Positions 56,751 to 64,000 of a stretch of 64,000 nucleotides of DNA are shown here, in pieces. Position 1 is the first letter of the stretch; each line of letters begins with the position of its first letter. The position numbers and the translations under genes were made by a program. Source of the stretch: Nitrosopumilus sp. (GTDB lineage Archaea; Thermoproteota; Nitrososphaeria; Nitrososphaerales; Nitrosopumilaceae); NCBI GenBank assembly GCA_963662625.1, contig OY759726.1, positions 1,728,001-1,792,000 of the forward strand, written 5' to 3'. The notes below the pieces were generated by a model, which saw nothing but the letters and a program-made list of their open reading frames with translations, was not told the DNA's origin and made no database searches.

Positions 56751-58673
56751 TCACGCGGGCCCCGCGAACTCGCCCAGGACGCCGGGGTTCTCCAGCGAGG
56801 AGAGGTCGCCCGGGTCCGAGCCGAGCAGCCTGGACCTCAGCAGCCTCCGCATCACCTTGCCCGTCCGGGTCTTCGGCAGGTCGGACAGCCGGATCACGTG
56901 CCGGGGACGGGCGATCTTGCCGACCCTGGCAGAGACGAGGTCGGGTATCTCCGTTTCCAGCCCTGCCGCCGGCCCGTCCGCGACGAAGAACACCGCGATC
57001 GCCTCCCCCGTCAGCGCGTCGGGGACCGGGACGGCGGCGGCGTCGGACACCCTGCCGTGGGACATTACGGCGTGCTCGATCTCGGCCGTGCCGATCCTGT
57101 GGCCCGCGACGTTCATCACGTCGTCGACGCGGCCGCGCATGTACCACAGGCCGTCGTCGTCCACGCGCACGCGGTCGCCGTGGAACCACACCCCCTCAAA
57201 GCGCGACCAGTACGTCTCCACGAACAGCTCCTCGTTGTTCAGCAGCCCCCGGGTCATGGCGGGCCACGGCGACCTGACTACCAGGTAGCCGTCCCCGTTC
57301 CTTACTGGATTCCCGTCGTCGTCAAGGGCGTCAAGGTCCATCCCGGGCACGGGCATGCCCACGGTCGACGGCCTCAGGCTCATCCCGGGAAGGACGGACA
57401 GCATCGCGCCGCCGGCCTCGGTGCCGCCGGCCAGGTTCACCACTGGGATCCTCCGGGAGCCGACCTCCTCAAACAGCCAGCGCCACGAGTCCTCGTCTAG
57501 CGGCTCCCCCGTGCACGGGATGTTCTTCAGCCTCCCCAGGCCGAACGACTCCGCGGGCCTGGCGCCGGCCCTCCTGAACATCCGCACCGCCGTGGGGGAG
57601 GTCCCGAATATGGTCACGCCGTACCCCGAGAGTATCTTCCACGCGGCGTCCGGGTCCGGGGCGTCCAGCGCGCCGTCGTAGATCACCGCGGAGGATCCCG
57701 CAAGCAGCAGCCCGTAGACGTTCCACACGAGCCCGGTTATCCAGCCCGCGTCGGCCGGCCAGAAGACCACGTCGTCCTTGGTGGTGTCCACCAGGTACGC
57801 CGACTGGTGCCCGGCAAACACCGAGAACCCGCCGTGCACGTGGACGGCGCCCTTGGGCATGCCGGTGGTGCCCGACGTGTACAGCACGAACAGCGGGTCC
57901 TCGGAGTCCATGGCCTCGGTCCCGCACGAGGCGCCCTGGGACGCCGCCAGCTCGTCGTAGCGGACCGCGCGGCCGGACCGCGGGTACGAGTCCACGCCCC
58001 CGTACGGCACGACTATGATCCTCTCGACGCGCGTCCCCCGCACCGCGGACTCCACGGCGCCGCGCTGGGAGACTGGCCTCCCCTTGCGGTAGAACCCGTC
58101 GGAGACGAACAGCACCTTTGCCCCGCAGTCCCGCAGCCTGACGTGCAGCGACTCCGAGCCGTACCCCGAGAATATCACGGTCTGGACGGCCCCGATCTTC
58201 GCGGCCGCCAGCATCGCCAGGAACGCCTCCTCGATCATCGGCATGTAGATCGCGACGACGTCCCCCCTGCCGACCCCGAGGGAGAGCAGCGCGTTTGCGC
58301 ACCTGGACGCCCCGCGGTCCAGCCCGGAGTAGGTGACCCTCGAGCGGGCGCCCCCCTCGGAGGCGAAGTGGTACGCGGTCTTCCCGGGATCGCTGCGCGC
58401 GAACCTCTCCACTGACGAGCTGTAGACGTTGGTCTTGCCGCCAGGAAACCACGCGGCGTGCCGCGGGCCGCCGGAGGGGTCGATCACCTCCCGGTACGGG
58501 GCATGCCACACGATGCCGACGTCCCGCTCGACCGAGCCCCAGAACCACCCGGGGTCGGCCGACGCCCGGCTGCGGAGCTCGTCCAGCGAGCCGACGCCGT
58601 GCTTCCGCATGAACCTGTGGATGTTCGAGTCCCTGCGCTGCCGCGCGGTCGGGACGAACTCATAGCCGGCCAA
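56751..58673 (-). CDS. AMP-forming acyl-CoA synthetase (Acs-like)
   Basis: LYTSGTTGMPKG, TGEP, GGTE, WFHGD, GRVDDVMNVAGHRIG, LPKTRTGKVMRR. Confidence 0.92.
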   Translation of the reverse strand: MAGYEFVPTARQRRDSNIHRFMRKHGVGSLDELRSRASADPGWFWGSVERDVGIVWHAPYREVIDPSGGPRHAAWFPGGKTNVYSSSVERFARSDPGKTAYHFASEGGARSRVTYSGLDRGASRCANALLSLGVGRGDVVAIYMPMIEEAFLAMLAAAKIGAVQTVIFSGYGSESLHVRLRDCGAKVLFVSDGFYRKGRPVSQRGAVESAVRGTRVERIIVVPYGGVDSYPRSGRAVRYDELAASQGASCGTEAMDSEDPLFVLYTSGTTGMPKGAVHVHGGFSVFAGHQSAYLVDTTKDDVVFWPADAGWITGLVWNVYGLLLAGSSAVIYDGALDAPDPDAAWKILSGYGVTIFGTSPTAVRMFRRAGARPAESFGLGRLKNIPCTGEPLDEDSWRWLFEEVGSRRIPVVNLAGGTEAGGAMLSVLPGMSLRPSTVGMPVPGMDLDALDDDGNPVRNGDGYLVVRSPWPAMTRGLLNNEELFVETYWSRFEGVWFHGDRVRVDDDGLWYMRGRVDDVMNVAGHRIGTAEIEHAVMSHGRVSDAAAVPVPDALTGEAIAVFFVADGPAAGLETEIPDLVSARVGKIARPRHVIRLSDLPKTRTGKVMRRLLRSRLLGSDPGDLSSLENPGVLGEFAGPA

Positions 58674-58700
58674 GCCCCACCGCCCCGGGGCGTGCGCGCG

Positions 58701-60107
58701 TCACGTCCCGAGCTCCCTTTTGAGCAGCTCCAGCGTGAGCCCCGGGTCTGCCTTCCCGTTGGTCTTCTTCATCACCATCCCCACCAGGAAGTTGATGGCC
58801 TGCGGGTTCGACCTGGCCTGCTCGGCCGCCTGGGCCTCCTCGGCCACCACATGGACCACTATCGCGGAGAGCTCCGACTCGTCGGAGACGCTCCCGAGGT
58901 CCAGCTCGTCCACCACGTCCCGCACCGGCTTGCCCGTCCTGACGACCTCGTGCAGCGCCGCCTTGGCCGAGGCGCGGGACAGCCTCCCGGACAGGACGGC
59001 GCCGGCCAGGTCAGCGAGGTGGGCCGCGGTGATCCTGGCGGCCCCCCTCTTCTCGCGCGTGTCGGCCATCCCCATCAGGTCGGTGGTGATGATGTTCGCG
59101 ACCTCCCTCGCGTTTGATCCGTCGCGCGCCTCCTCGAACAGGTCGGAGTAGAACTTGTCTGACGACAGCACGTCCGCCACCTGGGGCGGGATGCCGTACC
59201 TCGAGGCGTACCTCTCCCTCTTGGATGCGACGCTCTCGGGGACCCTGGACCGCAGCCCGTCGCGCACCTCCTGGCCCATCACCACCCACGGGATGTCGGC
59301 CTCCAGGAAGTACCGGTAGTCCATCGCGTCCTCCTTGGAGCGGGACGGGGCGGTGATCCTCCTCCTGTCGTCCCAGTGCCGCGTCTCCTGCGCCACCGGT
59401 ATGCCGCGGGAGTGCAGGCTCTCCTGGCGGGTCGCCTCGAAGCGGACCGCCTTTTCCAGGTCGTGGAACGAGCCTATGTTCTTGACCTCCACCCTGTTCC
59501 CTCCCCGGACAGACACGTTGGCGTCGGCCCTCATGGCGCCCTCCAGGCCGGGATCTGACACCCCGGCGTTCTCGAGCAGGTCGGACAGCGCGTTGAGGAA
59601 CGCCCGCACCTGCCCCGGGCCCTCAAAGTCCGGCTCGGTGACTATCTCCACCAGCGGGGTGCCCGCGCGGTTGTAGTCCACCAGCGTCACCGTGCTCTGC
59701 GACGACGCCCCCTCGTAGCTCAGGCGCCCCGGATCCTCCTCCAGCTGGATCCTGGCGATGCGGATCCTCTTCCCGCCGGCGTCCACGTAGCCCCCGGTCC
59801 CGATGCTCGTGTCCCCGTAGATGTTCAGCTGCGTTATCTGGAAGTTCTTGGGAAGGTCCGGGTAAAAGTAGTTCTTCCTGAAGAACGCGATCCTGCCGGG
59901 GGTCTCGCAGTGAAGCGCCATCGCCAGCACGGTGGCCGCCTTCACCGCCTCCCGGTTCAGCACCGGCAGGCTCCCGGGGAGCCCCGCGCAGACGGGGCAT
60001 ATGTTCGTGTTGGGCGCGCACGAGCGGTACTCGGCCCTGCACGGGCAGAACAGCTTGCTGTTCAGGCTGGTGAGCTGGCAGTGGATCTCCAGGCCGATCC
60101 TTGTCAT
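58701..60107 (-). CDS. gatB: Asp/Glu-tRNA amidotransferase subunit B
   Basis: IGLEIHCQL, RKNYFYPDLPK, DYNRAGTPLVEIVTEP, VEVKN, DYRYF. Confidence 0.97.
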   Translation of the reverse strand: MTRIGLEIHCQLTSLNSKLFCPCRAEYRSCAPNTNICPVCAGLPGSLPVLNREAVKAATVLAMALHCETPGRIAFFRKNYFYPDLPKNFQITQLNIYGDTSIGTGGYVDAGGKRIRIARIQLEEDPGRLSYEGASSQSTVTLVDYNRAGTPLVEIVTEPDFEGPGQVRAFLNALSDLLENAGVSDPGLEGAMRADANVSVRGGNRVEVKNIGSFHDLEKAVRFEATRQESLHSRGIPVAQETRHWDDRRRITAPSRSKEDAMDYRYFLEADIPWVVMGQEVRDGLRSRVPESVASKRERYASRYGIPPQVADVLSSDKFYSDLFEEARDGSNAREVANIITTDLMGMADTREKRGAARITAAHLADLAGAVLSGRLSRASAKAALHEVVRTGKPVRDVVDELDLGSVSDESELSAIVVHVVAEEAQAAEQARSNPQAINFLVGMVMKKTNGKADPGLTLELLKRELGT

Positions 60108-61552
60108 GGCGGGACCCCCTTGAGGCCGGCCGCCTGCTCCAGCGCGCGGGCCGCCTGCAGCAGCTGCCTGTCGTGCATGGAATCGGCCAGGAGCTGGATC
60201 CCGACCGGCAGGCCGCCCGACATCGCGAACGGGACTGTCACGGCAGGGATGCCGGCGAGGTTCGCCGTGACGGTGTTGATGTCTATCTGGAACAGCGCGA
60301 CTGGATCGTCTATCTTCTCGCCCAGCTTGAAAGGCAGCACTGGGACCGTCGGGGACACCAGGAAGTCGTACTCCCTGAACGCCTCGGCGACCTGCCTGGA
60401 CAGCTTGCTCTTGACCTTCAGCGCCTTTAGGAAGTACCTGCCGGCGTGCCCCGCGGAGGGCACGAACCCGCCCAGTATGATCCTGCGCGTCACCTCGGGG
60501 CCGAACCTCCTCCTGGCCTTCCGTATGTACGAGTTGAACTCAAAGCCGTCCACCGGGAGGTCGTACCCGTACCTCAGGTTGTCGTACCTCGCCAGGTTGC
60601 TGCCGGCCTCGGTGGACGTGATGGTGTAGTAGGCTGCGACGGAGTACCCCACCATGTCAAGCGACACCTCCTCGCACCGGGCCCCCATGCCCTCGAGCTT
60701 GGATACCGCGTCCCTGGTGGCGGACAGCACGGCCGGGTCGGTTCCCTCGGCCAGCATCTCCTTGATCACCCCCACCCTCCTGCCCTCCACGCCGGAGTCG
60801 ATCCCCTCCAGGTAGTCCAGGCCGCCCCGGTCCACCGTGGTGCCGTCGTGCGGGTCCTTCCCGGAGATCACGTTGAGCATGAACGCGGCGTCCTTCACGG
60901 TCCTGGTCAGCGGGCCTATCTGCTCGATGCTGTTGGCGTAGGATATCAGCCCGTACCTGCTCACCAGGCCGTAGGTCGGCTTGAACCCCACGACGGAGCA
61001 GAAGCTCGCCGGGTTCCGCACGGAGCCGCCCGTGTCGGAGCCGAGCGACGCGGCGCACTCGAGCGCGCTGACCGACGCCGCGCTGCCGCCGGAGGACCCG
61101 CCCGGGACGTATTCCGTGTCCCACGGGTTCCTGCTGGGCCCGAACGCGCTGAACTCGGTGGTCAGCCCCATCGCGAACTCGTCCATGTTCGTGTTGCCCA
61201 CGAACACCGCGTCCTGTTCCCCGAGCCTCGAGATCACCGTCGCGTCGTACGGGGCCACAAAGCCCTCGAGCATCCTCGACGCGCAGGTGGTCCTGCGGCC
61301 GCGGACGCAGATGTTGTCCTTGACGGACACGGGCAGGCCGCAGCAGGCGCCGACCCTGCCGCCCGACCTCACCCTCCTGTCCACGTCCCGGGCCCGGTCC
61401 ACGGCCCCCCCGTCGACCGACAGGAACGCGTGCAGCCTCCCGTCCACGCGGGCGATCCGCTCCATGGTCGCGGCCACAAAGTCCTCCGCAGAGAGGTTCC
61501 CGTCGCGCACCTCCCGCGCGAACTCCAGCGCGGAGATGTTGAGGTCGGTCAT
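60104..61552 (-). CDS. gatA: Asp/Glu-tRNA amidotransferase subunit A
   Basis: KDNI, NMDEFAMG, PGGSSGGSAA, GSDTGGSVRNPA, SNLARYD, FGPEV.RRI. Confidence 0.97.
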   Translation of the reverse strand: MTDLNISALEFAREVRDGNLSAEDFVAATMERIARVDGRLHAFLSVDGGAVDRARDVDRRVRSGGRVGACCGLPVSVKDNICVRGRRTTCASRMLEGFVAPYDATVISRLGEQDAVFVGNTNMDEFAMGLTTEFSAFGPSRNPWDTEYVPGGSSGGSAASVSALECAASLGSDTGGSVRNPASFCSVVGFKPTYGLVSRYGLISYANSIEQIGPLTRTVKDAAFMLNVISGKDPHDGTTVDRGGLDYLEGIDSGVEGRRVGVIKEMLAEGTDPAVLSATRDAVSKLEGMGARCEEVSLDMVGYSVAAYYTITSTEAGSNLARYDNLRYGYDLPVDGFEFNSYIRKARRRFGPEVTRRIILGGFVPSAGHAGRYFLKALKVKSKLSRQVAEAFREYDFLVSPTVPVLPFKLGEKIDDPVALFQIDINTVTANLAGIPAVTVPFAMSGGLPVGIQLLADSMHDRQLLQAARALEQAAGLKGVPP

Positions 61553-61818
61553 GGCATCTTCGGGGCCCTGACGTAGCCGCCCCTGTACAGCTTGAGCGCG
61601 CCGGCCAGGTCGCCGTCGAACGGGACGTGCTCGTCGTCGCGAAGGCCGGCGACGTCGGTCTCGGGCATCGAGATCTCCTCGGACTCCACGCTGGCAGAGT
61701 CCAGGATCTCAAAGTACTCGATCATGGCGCGGACCTTGTCGGCGTACTCCGAAAAGTCCTCGATCTCGATCCTCATCAGCCCCGAGACGCGCCGGATTTC
61801 CTCCTCCGTGACCATCAT
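61549..61818 (-). CDS. gatC: Asp/Glu-tRNA amidotransferase subunit C
   Basis: EEIRRVSGLMRI...LRDD...YVRAPKM; between aspS and gatA. Confidence 0.85.
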   Translation of the reverse strand: MMVTEEEIRRVSGLMRIEIEDFSEYADKVRAMIEYFEILDSASVESEEISMPETDVAGLRDDEHVPFDGDLAGALKLYRGGYVRAPKMP

Positions 61819-61824
61819 CCACAC

Positions 61825-63147
61825 CTATGGCGTCAGCCTGTCCACGTCCCTCGGGTAGAACGTCACGTCCCGGATGTTCTCCGTGCCGGTGAGCGCCATC
61901 ATCAGGCGCTCGAGCCCTATCCCGCACCCGGCGTGCGGGTGCACCCCGTAGTCGAACGATCCCAGGTGGTGCCCAAAGGCGTCCGTGTTCATCCCCTTGG
62001 CGCCCATCCGCTCGGCCAGCTCGCCGCGCTTCTCGATCCTCGTGCTGCCCGAGGAGATCTCCAGGTCGCCGAACATCAGGTCGAACGACTCGGAGACGTC
62101 CGGGTTGCCGCGGCTCGCCTTGACGTAGAACGGCTTGGGGCCGAGCGGCCAGTCCTTGACGAAGTAGAACCCCTCGAGGCCGGCCTTCTTGAGGTCTGAC
62201 GGGTACAGGTCGTCGCCCCACTCCGTCTTTGCCCCCGCGTCCCGCATGACCCCCACCAGGTCGGAGTACGAGTGCCGCGGTATGTCCCCGGCGTCCGGGA
62301 CGGCAAACCCCGCGTCCGGGTTGGCCTCGGCGTAGCTGCCCACGGCGGAGGCCGCGGCGCCCACCAGCCGCCCCACCCTGTCCATGACGTCGTTGTAGTC
62401 CACGAAGGCCTCCTCAAAGTCCACGGATATCGCCTCGGCCAGGTGGCGGTTGGTCCTCGACGGCTCGGCGCGGAAGATCGGCGCGATCTCGTACACCTTC
62501 TCGAAGCTCATGGTCAGCTGCTCCTTGTACAGCTGAGGGCTCTGCGCCAGGAACGCCTCCTTGTTGTAGTAGAATATCGGGAACAGCGCGGCCCCGCCCT
62601 CCGTGGCCGTGGCGATCATCTTCGGCGTGCTGACCTCCGTGAAGCCCTCCCCGCCAAGGTAGCCCCGGACGGACTGCAGGACGGCGCTGCGCGCCCTGAA
62701 CACGTGCTGCAGCGCCGCGCGCCTCAGGTCGATCGGGCGGACCTCGAGCCGCGTGTCTATGTTCTTGACGGTCCTCGCGACGGGCTCGAATGGCGGTATC
62801 TTTTCCACCCGCGAGAAGACGCGCAGCTCGCCGGGGATCACCTCGAGGCCGGCCGGCGACTTTTCCGACGCCCTTACCGTGCCGCGTACCGCCACCGAGG
62901 AGTGCGGCTTCAGGGACGATATCCCCTCGCGGACCTCGTCTGGGCACCCGCCCTTCTTGGCCACCACGTGGACGTCACCGTCCCTGTCCCTGACGGTGGC
63001 GAAGGTTATGTTCCCGTGGCCCCGGACCGTCAGGATCCACCCCATGACTGTCACCTGCGCGCCGTCCATGGAGGGGGAGAGCCCGCTGGAGTAGTGGGAT
63101 CTGCGCATGTCGCCCAGTTCGGTCTCGATCATCGTATGCCTGATCAT
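61825..63147 (-). CDS. aspS: Aspartyl-tRNA synthetase (archaeal type, probably non-discriminating)
   Basis: TEGGAALF, LAQSPQLYKE, FRAEPS.T.RHL, EISSG, PHAGCGIGLER, YPRD; clustered with gatCAB. Confidence 0.96.
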   Translation of the reverse strand: MIRHTMIETELGDMRRSHYSSGLSPSMDGAQVTVMGWILTVRGHGNITFATVRDRDGDVHVVAKKGGCPDEVREGISSLKPHSSVAVRGTVRASEKSPAGLEVIPGELRVFSRVEKIPPFEPVARTVKNIDTRLEVRPIDLRRAALQHVFRARSAVLQSVRGYLGGEGFTEVSTPKMIATATEGGAALFPIFYYNKEAFLAQSPQLYKEQLTMSFEKVYEIAPIFRAEPSRTNRHLAEAISVDFEEAFVDYNDVMDRVGRLVGAAASAVGSYAEANPDAGFAVPDAGDIPRHSYSDLVGVMRDAGAKTEWGDDLYPSDLKKAGLEGFYFVKDWPLGPKPFYVKASRGNPDVSESFDLMFGDLEISSGSTRIEKRGELAERMGAKGMNTDAFGHHLGSFDYGVHPHAGCGIGLERLMMALTGTENIRDVTFYPRDVDRLTP

Positions 63148-63241
63148 GCCCCCACGGTGTAATTAATTCTTGCACGGGGGCCCGGGCCGCCCGGGCTGGC
63201 TCCCGTGTTACATTAATTTGCCTCCCCCGCGCAGGCATCCC

Positions 63242-63451
63242 ATGGCCCTGACGCCGAGGGAGAAGGCGGTGGCCGTGATCGCCAACGGCATCGCGGTCTA
63301 CTCGCTGCTGCAGGAGAGGGGCGCCCTCCCGGAGGGCGCGACGATGTACGACTTTATCACGAGGGCGGTCCCGGGGGACGCGAGGGGCGAGCTGACGGCC
63401 GCGCTGGTCGACGAGGTGTTCGAGTGCGTCTCGTCTGCACATAGTTCATAA
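63242..63451 (+). CDS. Small hypothetical protein
   Basis: MALTPREKAVAVIANG...; ATTAATTT upstream. Confidence 0.65.
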   Translation: MALTPREKAVAVIANGIAVYSLLQERGALPEGATMYDFITRAVPGDARGELTAALVDEVFECVSSAHSS

Positions 63452-63474
63452 GGTGCCGGGGCCCAGCCGTTGGC

Positions 63475-64000
63475 ATGGCGTCCGTCGCAACCCTCGGGTC
63501 CCACTGCGCGCTGCAGGTGCTAAAGGGGGCAAAGGACGAGGGGCTGGGGACGCTGCTGGTATGCGAGAGGAGGAGGGAGCGGCTCTACCGCAGGTTCCCG
63601 TTCATCGACGAGATGATCCTGGTGGACTCCTTCAAGGAGGTGCTGGATCGGAGGTGCCAGTCCGCCCTGGAGCGGAACGGCGCCGTCCTGGTGCCCCACG
63701 GGACGCTGATCGCCCAGATGTCGCCGGGGGAGATCGAGTCGCTGGGGACGCCGGTCTTCGGGAACAAGTGGATCCTTAGGTGGGAGTCCGACAGGGGGAT
63801 GAAGGAGAGGATGATGCGGGAGGCGGGCCTGCCCGTCCCGGCCCCGGTGCGGGACCCCGCCGAGATCGACGGGCTGGTGATCGTAAAGAGGCAGGGGGCG
63901 GCCGGCGGGAAGGGCTACTTTTTGGCGTCGTCCGAGGAGGAGTACCACGAGAAGAGGTCCCAGCTGGTCGGGGACGGGACCATATCCGAGGACGAGCCGC
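63475..64000 (+). CDS. purP: PurP-family FAICAR synthetase (ATP-grasp), runs off the window edge
   Basis: Own translation: MASVATLGSHCALQVLKGAKDEG...VPHGT...FGNKWILRWE...VIVK..GAAGGKGYF. Confidence 0.92.
   Translation, partial: MASVATLGSHCALQVLKGAKDEGLGTLLVCERRRERLYRRFPFIDEMILVDSFKEVLDRRCQSALERNGAVLVPHGTLIAQMSPGEIESLGTPVFGNKWILRWESDRGMKERMMREAGLPVPAPVRDPAEIDGLVIVKRQGAAGGKGYFLASSEEEYHEKRSQLVGDGTISEDEP

Overview
High-GC archaeal DNA from an ammonia-oxidiser-type lineage (Nitrososphaerota, Nitrosopumilaceae-like; the high GC and FN3 surface protein suggest, but do not prove, a sponge-associated symbiont). Mostly core genes: the L3-L24 ribosomal cluster, psmA, a UvrD-nuclease fusion, an ESCRT-III/CdvB paralogue, bioF/B/A/D, HMG-CoA synthase, thiolase/DUF35, GAPDH, thrC, purK/E/P, threonine dehydratase, tRNA-Phe, and aspS-gatCAB. 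Two accessory patches (about 21.8-25.4 kb and 45.6-53.5 kb) hold IS630, IS5 and IS110 relics, a low-GC HicAB cassette and repeat-expanded genes. Most notable: (1) an IS110 fragment sits inside the left terminal inverted repeat of an IS5 element, and its upstream non-coding region can fold into two bulged stem-loops, one carrying a 9-nt copy of the flanking target, as expected for a bridge RNA; (2) relics of three IS families are degraded almost only by A:T->G:C transitions at conserved motifs; (3) five unrelated genes, including ribosomal proteins S3 and L24, carry near-perfect in-frame tandem repeats; (4) HicA is split at an in-phase A_AAA_AAG slippery site; (5) six microproteins were missed by the ORF track. 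All assignments come from motif recognition by eye; no searches or folding programs were run.
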